64,000 nucleotides of DNA from Candidatus Poribacteria bacterium (GTDB taxonomy: Bacteria; Poribacteria; WGA-4E; PCPOR2b): the NCBI GenBank assembly GCA_965198175.1, contig OZ240245.1, forward strand, positions 3,776,001 through 3,840,000, in the 5' to 3' direction. Position numbers and translations under genes: made by a program. Positions 20,183 through 29,471 of this stretch are shown here, piece by piece. The notes beneath the pieces were generated by a model. It was not told the DNA's origin. It did no database searches and saw nothing but the letters and a program-made list of their open reading frames with translations. Within the stretch, counting starts at the first letter, position 1, and the number at the start of each line of letters is the position of its first letter.

Positions 20183-22555
20183 TCAGACAAATAAACCGCA
20201 GCGATTTAACGCTAACAGCGTGGCTTCAACGATACCCTCGGGGTCAATCCCAAAATGCTTATAGAGATCGGTGCGTCCACCGGATTGTCCAAACTCGTCC
20301 ACGCCGAGAGGAACGACCAACGACCCATAAACGCTGCCTAACCATGCCAGGGCGTGAGATGCTCCGTCATGAACAGTGATAATAGGTGCATGCCTTTCGC
20401 TTGTTGGAATCAGCCAATCAAATGGACCGGGGGCATCTTCCCACTGCATAGTTTGCCAAGCCTCAAACAATCGACGGGGACTGGTCAGGTTCAGCACATT
20501 GACCGCGATTCCCTTCCGGTGCAGCGCGCTCACGGCTCCAGCTACCTCTGGAACCATCGTGCCTGTTGTTGCAATGTGCACCAGGCGTTCTTTGGGGCAG
20601 GTTGGGTCCGCCGTACGCCAATCGATAAGCCGGTAACCGCCGGCGAGGACCTGATGCCGCATTTCGTCCACTCCCAGTCGCGCCATAGCTGACGCAAATA
20701 GTTCATTGTCGATGGGCTTGGTGGAAAGGCGCAAATAGGTTGAGCGTCCATGCGTCCGGTCACAACACTGACGCAGGGCATCGAGCAAAATCCACTCTAA
20801 TTCTTTCGCAAAACACGGTTCGTAAGCATTCAGCCCCGGCAACTCAGCGCCCAGCGAGGGGGTAACAGTGGACTGATGCGCGCCCCCTTCTGGAGACAAC
20901 GTTATTCCTGACGGGGTTCCGGCAAAAATGAACTTCGCGCCTGAATACTGCGCATAAATCAGCGCGTCAAGACCTCGACAGATAAATGGATCGTAGACCG
21001 TGCCGATAGGAATCAGATGTTGTCCACAAAGCTCTGCTGACAGCCCAAACATGCCCAGCATCATGAAAAAGTTCATCTCAGAGATGCCCAACTCAATATG
21101 CTGTCCCTGCGGACCGTACTTCCACTTTCGGAGTTCACTGGCTTCGGTCTCGTAGTCCGGCAATTCCTGCGGTGCAAAGATACCCATCTTGTTAACCCAG
21201 CTCGACATGCCAGTAGACGACGTTACATCAGGCGATGCAGTGATAATGCGATTGGACAACTTCGGCACCCGCGTCAGTTGCAGCAGCAGACGTCCAAATG
21301 CCTGCTGAGTACTCAAGACACCTTTGGCTGGTATGGAGAGCGTATCGGGTATATCACTGGGAGAGAGCGTCGCAGGCGGTGTGGTATGCGTAGGATATAG
21401 CTCGGATGCGATTTCATCACACAGTTGTCCGGACGGTGAAGCAGCATCAAATCGCGCCCAATCATCGTCATGAGGGATGTCCAAGGTCTCCCGCAGGGCA
21501 GCAATCTGCTTTTCATTCAGCAGCATGGAATGATTGAGCGGGTGACCCGCAATCGGCAATCCCCAACCTTTGATGGTGTACGCGAAAATTATTGTTGGCT
21601 GTTCGGGCACCTCATCCACCTGTGAAAGTACACTCAGTAGCTCTTCCAGATCGTGACCTCCCAAGTTGCTAAGCACAGACGGCAGGGCATCGTCAGGCAC
21701 GATTTGAATCACCGGGGCAAGCTCTGACGAATCGACGCCATCACCACTGAGGAGATGACGACGAATCTGCTCTCCAGGCAGACGAATGACCGCCTGATAT
21801 TCCTCATTGCTCATGTCGTCAATGCGTTGGCGTAATGCACTCCCGCCTGGCTGCTCAAAAAGATCCTGGAGTGTACGACCATACTTAGTCTCAAGCACCT
21901 GCCAGCCGCTCTCTTCGAAGAGACGTTTAAGTTGACCGGCTCGAATGCCCGGTACAACTCGGTCAAGGCTCTGACGGTTGAGATCGACAATCCATAGCAG
22001 GTTGCCTAACCCCGTTAGCGATTGCTCAAGAATTGCCTCCCACACGTTGCCTTCGTCCAATTCAGCATCGCCGATGAGCCCAACAAAGCGCCGGGAATTC
22101 GCCTGACCGAAGTGAGACATGGCATAGTGATGGGCTAAGGCTCCAAACGCGGGTGCGACCGCGCCTAGCCCCACTGAGCCTGTCGAAAAATCAACAATAT
22201 CTGGGTCTTTGGTTCGACTTGGGTAAGCTTGTAGCCCGCCATACGATCGAAACCGGGTCAGGTATTCCTTGGGCAGTTGACCCAAAAGGTACTGGATTGC
22301 GTGAAAGACAGGGGAGGCATGCGGCTTGACGGAGATTCGATCGCCCGCCTTCAGAAAATGGAAATAGAGCGCTGTCATGATCGAAACGACCGACGCCGAT
22401 GATGCCTGATGACCGCCGACCTTCGTCCCGTCAGGATTCGTGCGCACCTGGTTCGCATGATGCACAATAAGCGTTGCAAGCCACAGCACGCGCTGCTGAA
22501 TGGTATTCAAGGTCTCTAGCAGTTCTGGTGGAACCGACCGACGGTGGATTTCCAA
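20183..22555 (-). CDS. ThDP-dependent pyruvate dehydrogenase E1 (AceE/MdeB-like) / transketolase-like enzyme
   Basis: VGGHQASSAS, KPHASP, STGSVGLG, GDAELDEG...N.NRQSLD, ELGISE, EGGAHQS, FGQSG. Confidence 0.85.
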   Translation of the reverse strand: MEIHRRSVPPELLETLNTIQQRVLWLATLIVHHANQVRTNPDGTKVGGHQASSASVVSIMTALYFHFLKAGDRISVKPHASPVFHAIQYLLGQLPKEYLTRFRSYGGLQAYPSRTKDPDIVDFSTGSVGLGAVAPAFGALAHHYAMSHFGQANSRRFVGLIGDAELDEGNVWEAILEQSLTGLGNLLWIVDLNRQSLDRVVPGIRAGQLKRLFEESGWQVLETKYGRTLQDLFEQPGGSALRQRIDDMSNEEYQAVIRLPGEQIRRHLLSGDGVDSSELAPVIQIVPDDALPSVLSNLGGHDLEELLSVLSQVDEVPEQPTIIFAYTIKGWGLPIAGHPLNHSMLLNEKQIAALRETLDIPHDDDWARFDAASPSGQLCDEIASELYPTHTTPPATLSPSDIPDTLSIPAKGVLSTQQAFGRLLLQLTRVPKLSNRIITASPDVTSSTGMSSWVNKMGIFAPQELPDYETEASELRKWKYGPQGQHIELGISEMNFFMMLGMFGLSAELCGQHLIPIGTVYDPFICRGLDALIYAQYSGAKFIFAGTPSGITLSPEGGAHQSTVTPSLGAELPGLNAYEPCFAKELEWILLDALRQCCDRTHGRSTYLRLSTKPIDNELFASAMARLGVDEMRHQVLAGGYRLIDWRTADPTCPKERLVHIATTGTMVPEVAGAVSALHRKGIAVNVLNLTSPRRLFEAWQTMQWEDAPGPFDWLIPTSERHAPIITVHDGASHALAWLGSVYGSLVVPLGVDEFGQSGGRTDLYKHFGIDPEGIVEATLLALNRCGLFV

Positions 22556-22663
22556 AGCCTTCCTCCTATTGTCTGCAGAGAAGTTGTATCTTTATTCGCC
22601 TGTCTGAACCGTGCCGTCTAAACTATCAGCGCCCCATGTAACGTTCGATTTTGAGGTACCGAT

Positions 22664-23830
22664 TTAGGATTGAAATACGTTTTCCCAACACTCCGTTTCC
22701 CACGAGCGTTGAATTGCCGCTTGCACCCTCGCTACAGCTAGGGCTTCGGCGAATCCGGGCACGCTCTGCTCGCCATTTACAATGGATTTCAAGAATTGGT
22801 GAAGTTCAATGACCTTGAGATCTTCATACCCTAAACCGATCCCCGGTCCGGGATTGAACCGCGCGTGGAATGGGTGCTCTGGGCCACCCACGATGCGGGT
22901 ATAGCCATCGTGGCTACCATCCTCATCGGGGAGATAGAGGTGGAGTTCATTCATCCGCTCAAAATCCCAGTTTAGTGCGCCATGCGTTCCATTCACCTCA
23001 AAAGCCATCTGACACTTTGGACCGTTGATGATTCGACACGCCTCTAGTGTGCCGTGGACGCCATTGGTGAACTGCACCAACGCTCCAGTATAATCTTCGT
23101 TGGTAACATCGCCCATGGGACCCTCTGTGCGGATGGAAAAATGCGTACCTTCGCCGGGGGTGGCAAGCGGACGTTGAGGGATAAACGTTTCACGGTTGCC
23201 GACCACACGCACGATGGGTCCAGCGATCATGTGTGCCAAATCCGCGACGTGCGACATGAGATCGCCTAGGGTTCCCAGACCAGCGAGCTCACGTTGAAAG
23301 CGCCACGACAGTACGCCGTGTGGATTCTTCGCATAACCTGTAAAAAAGCGCCCTCGATAGTGAGTCAGCTCTCCCAGCCGCCCTTGCTGAATTAGTTGGT
23401 GCGCATACTGTACAAGCGGCGCCCACCGGTAATTATAACCCACAAAGCTCAGAACCCCACCCCGGCGTGCCGCCCCCTCAATGTCGGCTGTTTCCTCCGG
23501 ATTGCGACCGACGGGCTTCTCACAGAAAATATGCTTACCCGCGCCGGCTGCCGCACGCACAATTTCTAAGTGCATAAAGTTGGGGGTGGTGATATTCACA
23601 ACCTCAACGTCCGAGTCGAAAATGACCTGCTGCCAGTCTGTGGTGTATCGCTCAAACCCGAAAAGAGATTGGGCTTGGCGCGCGCGAACTTCTACTTCAT
23701 CGGCGCAGAACACCAAACGCGGTTGGATGCCGCTATCGTGGAATCGATCCGGGATCTGTCGGTAGGATCGGCTATGCGCCATACCCATCCACCCGAATCC
23801 AATCACCCCAACGCCAATTGTTCGCGCCAT
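22664..23830 (-). CDS. Gfo/Idh/MocA oxidoreductase (inositol dehydrogenase-like)
   Basis: [29 protein letters not shown]. Confidence 0.9.
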   Translation of the reverse strand: MARTIGVGVIGFGWMGMAHSRSYRQIPDRFHDSGIQPRLVFCADEVEVRARQAQSLFGFERYTTDWQQVIFDSDVEVVNITTPNFMHLEIVRAAAGAGKHIFCEKPVGRNPEETADIEGAARRGGVLSFVGYNYRWAPLVQYAHQLIQQGRLGELTHYRGRFFTGYAKNPHGVLSWRFQRELAGLGTLGDLMSHVADLAHMIAGPIVRVVGNRETFIPQRPLATPGEGTHFSIRTEGPMGDVTNEDYTGALVQFTNGVHGTLEACRIINGPKCQMAFEVNGTHGALNWDFERMNELHLYLPDEDGSHDGYTRIVGGPEHPFHARFNPGPGIGLGYEDLKVIELHQFLKSIVNGEQSVPGFAEALAVARVQAAIQRSWETECWENVFQS

Positions 23831-24001
23831 CGTTTTTCTCCCAGCTAATAAAGAAAAAATGGGTGTATCCTTCGGGGAAGGAAGCCTAATTTCATGGAGT
23901 GGCTACGGCTTGCACAATTTCCTACACCGATTCCCCCGCTTCCGAAGTTCAGGGCTGAGGGGTACAGCCCAATCTTATTGCAACACGCTCGGACATGAAA
24001 C

Positions 24002-24838
24002 TTATCGCCACCTCGCCCAGCCGCTAGGATCGGATGCGCTAAACGGCCAGCCGGCTCCACCAACGACGTGGAACTCGTCTGATTTTCCGCAGAGCCAGTA
24101 GAACATCTCAGACACGCGCAGAACAGATTGCCACTTTCGGGCAGGACCACAAAAGTAACCATTGGTATATGAGTAGTCGGCATTCGCGAAATGGAAGTTG
24201 CGGTCCATTATCCAGTCTCGCTGCGGAGGAACGGTTCGCCAAGAGACCCATTTCAACACGTTGCGAGTGGACAAATCAGTCTTTTCCGACTGCCGGTGCC
24301 AAATCGAGTAAGCTGTGAAAAATACTGAGCCAGGGGGCCCAACGGTCGCCACTTGACCGGCGAGATGACCAAAGTGCTCTAATTCTTCCCTAGGGATTGG
24401 CACAAGGTGAGACCCCGGCAGAAATAGGGTTGGGCCCATTTCTCTGGTGTTGGTCTGGGGAATATAGAAGACCTGAAGCAGATTACAAATTCGCTCAAAC
24501 TTTGAACCGGCATCCATGTGCCAATTTCTTGCCTTTTTGTGCCCGACCAGACGATGGTTTGCCATCCAATCCGGCAACTGGAAACGCTCTCCGAGTAGAG
24601 ATCTTGTAACGCCAGCAACTTCAGGATGGAGAAGCACTTCTTGGATGAATCGTCCCTCTTCACCCAGCTTCTGGGAGTCGTTGCCCTCCTGATTGAGATA
24701 CTCGCATACCCAACGATTTGTCCGGTCTGGTATTACTCCCTCAAGTACGAAAAGCCCCTTCTTGCAGAAGTCGAGTACATCGTGATCCGTCATCGTTGGC
24801 TTTATGCCGCCGGGCGCGCGTCGTAACTCATGTGACAT
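24002..24838 (-). CDS. Phytanoyl-CoA dioxygenase (PhyH) family Fe(II)/2OG oxygenase
   Basis: WHMD facial motif, GPT.FLPGSH, distal IWHR. Confidence 0.85.
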   Translation of the reverse strand: MSHELRRAPGGIKPTMTDHDVLDFCKKGLFVLEGVIPDRTNRWVCEYLNQEGNDSQKLGEEGRFIQEVLLHPEVAGVTRSLLGERFQLPDWMANHRLVGHKKARNWHMDAGSKFERICNLLQVFYIPQTNTREMGPTLFLPGSHLVPIPREELEHFGHLAGQVATVGPPGSVFFTAYSIWHRQSEKTDLSTRNVLKWVSWRTVPPQRDWIMDRNFHFANADYSYTNGYFCGPARKWQSVLRVSEMFYWLCGKSDEFHVVGGAGWPFSASDPSGWARWR

Positions 24839-24842
24839 CAGT

Positions 24843-25205
24843 TTAACCCCATTTTTCGAGGATGAATTCACAGACAATATGCGTATCCTGAGTGTGTCCG
24901 ACTGGCAGTTGTACCGGAAACCGAATCACCCGCCAGCCTTCATTGATTGCATCCAACACAGTTTTGTAAGGCCAGTCGACCGGATCGAACGGGCCGTTGG
25001 AGACCACTCCGGATTCGACCACCAGCATACCAATTACTTCGGCAGTGACAGCGGTGGTTGCAGTCTGCAAGTAGAGCAAACTCTGGCGCTTGGTGTCCCT
25101 TGCAGTGATCGCTGAACCCAAATCCCGGAGCCGGGCTTCCGTCAGTTTGTCTTGATCGAGTTGCTGGATGCATTCTTCTAGCAACTGCCTGGCGTCAGCG
25201 TCCAT
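24843..25205 (-). CDS. Hypothetical protein (120 aa) directly upstream of PhyH
   Basis: GGGAG RBS. Ends 4 nt before the PhyH start. Protein-like composition (RQSLLYL...PY..VLDA...GWRVI.FP...EFILEK). Confidence 0.75.
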   Translation of the reverse strand: MDADARQLLEECIQQLDQDKLTEARLRDLGSAITARDTKRQSLLYLQTATTAVTAEVIGMLVVESGVVSNGPFDPVDWPYKTVLDAINEGWRVIRFPVQLPVGHTQDTHIVCEFILEKWG

Positions 25206-25423
25206 GGTGCTCCCACTTTAGTAAAGTCGAAGAGATTTGGACCAGCAATGGCAGTCGGCATTGTCCATACCATCATCTTCTGGGAATAATCGGAAAACCG
25301 AATTGGGACTTGAGTGCCGTGCCTAGCTTTAAGAATTAGTTACGACCGTAATGGAGTCAGGACAGATGTTCGCCGTTCTATAACATACCGCTAAACACGA
25401 ACACCTGTCCTCACTCTTCAGGA

Positions 25424-27310
25424 CTAATAATGGAACCGTTGTAGGGGAAGCCCTTCCTCGTACTCTTGACGCCGGGATTGGGTCTCCGGATCCTCGCTTG
25501 ATTCGGCTGCAGCGATGTCCCACCACACACCAGAGTCAGGCAGATAGTGATGCGGCTCCACGTCTGCGACAATTACGCACGTCTGACTTTCGCCGCGGGC
25601 TTCGCGCAACGCATGACGGACACCCTCCGGGGTTGTCATATGCCAAGCTTTCGCGCCGAAACTCGCCGCATTCTGTGCGAAGTCTATCTTCATATAGCCC
25701 CCTTCAAGAAGATTCTTCTCCATATCCCGGGACCGGAATTCATTCCCGAAACTCCGACCTGCGCGAAGCATCTGAAGCGCACGGATGGATTGAAACCCGT
25801 GATTCTCCGAGATTACGAGCGTGAGTTTCAGATTGTCCTGCATTGAGGTCACCAACTCCGTGGGATTCATTAAGTAGGTGCCGTCGCCGATAAACACATA
25901 GACCTCACCCTCTGGCTGCGTCATCCGAACCCCCAGACCCGCAGGGATTTCGTAGCTCATGCACGAAAAACCGAATTCCAAGTGGCACGACCGTCCGCCA
26001 GTTGCATCCCACATTTTGAGTAGGTCTCCAGGCGGCGTCCCCGCTGCACCGATGACGGTATCACCCGGTTGTGCTTCGTCGTTGAGCACACGAACGAGTT
26101 GCCCTTGGCTCATCGCCTCACCGGGCGTCTCTTGGGAGACTTCGTTCTCTAATAGCTGCTGCCATTCTCGATTCAACGCCGTAATTTCTTGCACATACGC
26201 TGCGTTCGGCTGGACTTCTGCTGCCTCCGCTGTTTTGGTCAACGCGACAAGCGCCTCTCGGGCGTCAGCGATGATTGGCACCCCGCCTTGCTTGTAGGCA
26301 TCGTGATTACCGACGTTGATGTTGATGAATTTCACAGCCGGATTGTTGAAAGCAGATTGTGAACCGGTAGTGAAGTCCATCAAGCGCCCTCCAATGCTAA
26401 TGACCAAATCCGCTTGACTCGAGATTTTACCTGCAACCGGCGTGCCGTTGACGCCCTGTCCACCCAAAAGCAGCGGCGACGCGTTGCGAAGTGCGCCTTT
26501 GCCTGCCGACGTTTCGCTGACCGGAATCCCAAATTTTACGGAGAAGGACTGTAATTCGTCCCATGCTTCCGAGTAATGCACGCCACCGCCAGCGATAATC
26601 ATCGGACGTTCAGACGCCTTCAGTAGTTCCACCGCTTCCGAGATACGCTGGGGATCGGGCGCTCGTCGCTCAACCCGCCAGTCACGTCTTTCAAAGAAGT
26701 GGGCGGGATATTCGTAAGCGTGCGCTTGCACATCCTGTGGGAGCGACAAGGTCACTGGCCCGGTGTCGGCTGGATCGGTCAGCACCCGCATTGCTTCGGG
26801 CAACGCGGTGAGCAATTGCTCCGGTCGGGTGATGCGATCGAAGAACCGGCTGACAGGTCGGAAGCAGTCGTTGACGCTCACATCAGCTGAAACGGGGTGT
26901 TCGAGTTGCTGCAACACGGGTCCCTGGTATCGTGTGGCGTAGTAGTCCGACGGCAACAGCAAAACAGGGAGTCGGTTGGTAGCGGCCGTTGCGGCACCAG
27001 TAATCATGTTGGTGGCTCCGGGGCCGATGGACGAGGTACAAGCAAGTGTCGCCAGTCGATGATTGGCTTTGGCGAAGCCTAGAGCGGTGTGGACCATCGA
27101 CTGCTCATTTCGAGGTTGCCGGTATGGCAGTCCTTGACCACATTCACACAGCGCTTGTCCTAGCCCTGCGACGTTTCCGTGTCCGAATATACCGAAGATA
27201 GAAGGGATAAGGCGACGTGTCTTGCCGTCGCGTTCGCTGTACTGAACTTGCAGATATTTGACCAGCGCCTGCGCCATCGTCAGGCGAACGGTTTCAAGTG
27301 ATTGGGACAT
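25424..27310 (-). CDS. iolD: 3D-(3,5/4)-trihydroxycyclohexane-1,2-dione acylhydrolase (decyclizing)
   Basis: RLTMAQALV, GIFGHGNVAGLG, RNEQ.M.H.A, TSSIGPGATN, PVLQQLE, SVNDCFRPVSRFFDRI.RPEQL, H.E.GFSCM.YEI, GDG.YLM. Confidence 0.93.
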   Translation of the reverse strand: MSQSLETVRLTMAQALVKYLQVQYSERDGKTRRLIPSIFGIFGHGNVAGLGQALCECGQGLPYRQPRNEQSMVHTALGFAKANHRLATLACTSSIGPGATNMITGAATAATNRLPVLLLPSDYYATRYQGPVLQQLEHPVSADVSVNDCFRPVSRFFDRITRPEQLLTALPEAMRVLTDPADTGPVTLSLPQDVQAHAYEYPAHFFERRDWRVERRAPDPQRISEAVELLKASERPMIIAGGGVHYSEAWDELQSFSVKFGIPVSETSAGKGALRNASPLLLGGQGVNGTPVAGKISSQADLVISIGGRLMDFTTGSQSAFNNPAVKFININVGNHDAYKQGGVPIIADAREALVALTKTAEAAEVQPNAAYVQEITALNREWQQLLENEVSQETPGEAMSQGQLVRVLNDEAQPGDTVIGAAGTPPGDLLKMWDATGGRSCHLEFGFSCMSYEIPAGLGVRMTQPEGEVYVFIGDGTYLMNPTELVTSMQDNLKLTLVISENHGFQSIRALQMLRAGRSFGNEFRSRDMEKNLLEGGYMKIDFAQNAASFGAKAWHMTTPEGVRHALREARGESQTCVIVADVEPHHYLPDSGVWWDIAAAESSEDPETQSRRQEYEEGLPLQRFHY

Positions 27311-27543
27311 TCTCTTATTGCCTCCTTTTTGCTTTTGTAGTTGGTCGAGAATCAACTAATAACTCGTTTGGACTCCTTACGGATTATACGAATGGCTGTA
27401 ACGAGTAAAGAAATAATATGTAGCCCTGTTTTGTCGAGATGTGTCGCCGTCTCAACTCACGTGATATATGAAATCGCCTAAAACCTCTTGTCGCTCAATA
27501 TCTAAAATCGGCTTATCAGAAAAACGACAGTTTCACAATCGTA

Positions 27544-27572
27544 TTTATAACACATTTTGGATACTTAAGCAA
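27544..27572 (-). promoter_or_regulatory. Possible sigma70 promoter for the iolD operon
   Basis: Minus strand TTGCTT-N17-TATAAA with extended -10 TG. Confidence 0.4.
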
Positions 27573-28061
27573 TCCAAAAACGGAAGCGTTACACTCTACC
27601 CTATTAGAACCTATTTTAGAAAACCTGGTTACTAAAGATATACCATTTCCCTAAAATTCAAGCGCATTGATTGCGCAGGTCAAGTAAAGAAACTTGTGTG
27701 GAGCAGCGTAAGATGCCTTGCCACCGAGCAAAGTCGGCGGGGCAAGGGGATCTCCATCGCCCTCGCTATCCGCTCGGTTGATCCCCGCCGACGGAGAAAG
27801 AGAATGATATAACTAAAGCATCATACGCTCTATTATTGAAGCGAAATGGTATTACTAGTTGAAGAACACCCTTTAAAAACTTTGATCGGATGATACATAG
27901 GTTTTTCATGGTTATCCGAAGAACAGTGAGGACCGACAGAGACAAAGAAAGAGGGGCGATCTCGAATGATTCTCCTCCTTAAGGTAGCAGTTTGAGGCCG
28001 GTGTCAATTTTAACATAGCATCGCGTAGTGGAGATTCGTTTGGACGGTTGAGCTATGTTTC

Positions 28062-28091
28062 ATTATAGCACACTTCAAATAGGGCGGTCAA
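28062..28091 (-). promoter_or_regulatory. Sigma70-type promoter reading into the non-coding region
   Basis: Minus strand TTGACC-N18-TATAAT with extended -10 TG. Confidence 0.55.
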
Positions 28092-28138
28092 GTGACAACA
28101 AAGGTTGGATTTATGCGGACAGATGACGCAAAAAGGGA

Positions 28139-28188
28139 TTGAAATAAGCAGCCTTTATTGCTACAATAATCTTAAAGCATTATTGTAG
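28139..28188 (+). promoter_or_regulatory. Promoter of the Ldh_2 gene with overlapping palindromic operator
   Basis: TTGAAA-N17-TACAAT. Perfect inverted repeat CTACAATAAT-N8-ATTATTGTAG (28161-28188) covers the -10 and start region. Confidence 0.55.
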
Positions 28189-28264
28189 ATGACGTTAGAA
28201 ACAGGGTTTTCATGAAGAACTCTGTTTCTTTACGGGAGAACTTATTAATATAAGGATTGGAAAA

Positions 28265-29314
28265 GTGCCTATAAAGTCACACGAAGAATTGAGAGAACTG
28301 GGTTCACGGATTCTGCAATCTGCGGGTGCGACTAATGAGGTCGCGGACCGGGTCGCCCGTCACCTCGCCGGATCAAACTTGGTTGGATTGGATTCCCACG
28401 GTATCATCCGTCTACCTGATTATGTCGCTTGGCTGCAGGAAGGTAAGATTGCGGGCGAAAACCGTATGGAAGTCATCAAGGACAAAGGTGCAACATGTTT
28501 GATTGATGCACACTTGTCGTTCGGTCAGATTGCGGCTTCGCAATCTGCGGATATAGCCGTGAAAAAGGCGCAGGCTTACGGAATAGGCTTCGTTTCGGTG
28601 AAGAATGCTTCCCACATCGGACGACTGGGAGAATATGTTGAAGACATTGCGTTACAGGGATTTATCGGTTTTCTCTGCAGTAACGCGGAGGGAGCGGGTC
28701 AACTCGTCGCCCCGTGGGGAGGCAAGGAAGCACGGATCGCTACCAATCCAATAGCGTGGGGGATTCCCAGCAGTAGAGCGTCAGGAAGCATGGTATTGGA
28801 CATGGCGACTAGCATCGTTCCCGAGGGGAAGATTCGCGTCAAAATGCGCAGGGACGAGGAGATTCCGAACGACTGGGTCCTCGACTCACAAGGACGACCG
28901 ACGACGAATCCGGCGGACCTTTACGGACCTCCGGTCGGGGCTATTCTGCCCTTCGGCGGGCACAAGGGTTACGGGTTGATGCTGGCGATAGAAGCGCTTT
29001 CTGGTGTGCTTAGTGGTGGGGGTCATGCTCGACCTGCAGTGGCGGATTCTTGGTTTACCCATGGCAGCACCTTTTCAATCATGGCAATCGAAGTTGAGTC
29101 CTTTCGTTCCCTAACTGAGTTTACCGACGATGTCGATGAAATGTTGTGCCATATGAAGAGTTCTCCCCCGGTAACTCCCGACGCTGAGGTTCTTGTTCCT
29201 TATGAAATAGAATCCAGAGAAAAAGCGCGAAGGCTGGCAAACGGGATAATGATAGAGGATACCACCTGGGATAAAGTCGCTCACATTGCTGGCACTGTGG
29301 GTGTATCCGTTTAA
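28265..29314 (+). CDS. Ldh_2 family (malate / L-lactate / L-sulfolactate / ureidoglycolate type) oxidoreductase
   Basis: G.DSHG..RL, HIGRLG.Y, TNPIA.G.P, LDMATS...GK, PFGGHKGYGL. Confidence 0.9.
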   Translation: MPIKSHEELRELGSRILQSAGATNEVADRVARHLAGSNLVGLDSHGIIRLPDYVAWLQEGKIAGENRMEVIKDKGATCLIDAHLSFGQIAASQSADIAVKKAQAYGIGFVSVKNASHIGRLGEYVEDIALQGFIGFLCSNAEGAGQLVAPWGGKEARIATNPIAWGIPSSRASGSMVLDMATSIVPEGKIRVKMRRDEEIPNDWVLDSQGRPTTNPADLYGPPVGAILPFGGHKGYGLMLAIEALSGVLSGGGHARPAVADSWFTHGSTFSIMAIEVESFRSLTEFTDDVDEMLCHMKSSPPVTPDAEVLVPYEIESREKARRLANGIMIEDTTWDKVAHIAGTVGVSV

Positions 29315-29471
29315 CATCAACTCAACTTACAACCTCGCGGGCTTCGGCGTCGTCACGACAAGAAAAGAAAGTCCTGCAGACGAAGCGCAGCTTTCCTACC
29401 TGCACGACCGATCCTGTAATACACGCATCAACGATTCTCGCACAGTCACCGATTCCATTATCGGCGATCAG

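Noticed and set aside
27600..27630. TTAGAACCTATTTTAGAAAA resembling an IS5-type end
   Set aside because: No matching second end or transposase remnant was found.
27700..27765. Fluoride riboswitch-like start (GGCGATGGAG.TC.CC) on the minus strand
   Set aside because: The 3' pseudoknot partner (GATGACTCCTAC-like) is not properly formed and no fluoride-related gene follows. Kept only as an unidentified structure.
27720..27795. HDV-like ribozyme (crossed helices and CCTCGC)
   Set aside because: P3/L3, P1.1, P4 and the catalytic C strand cannot be placed in the required order.
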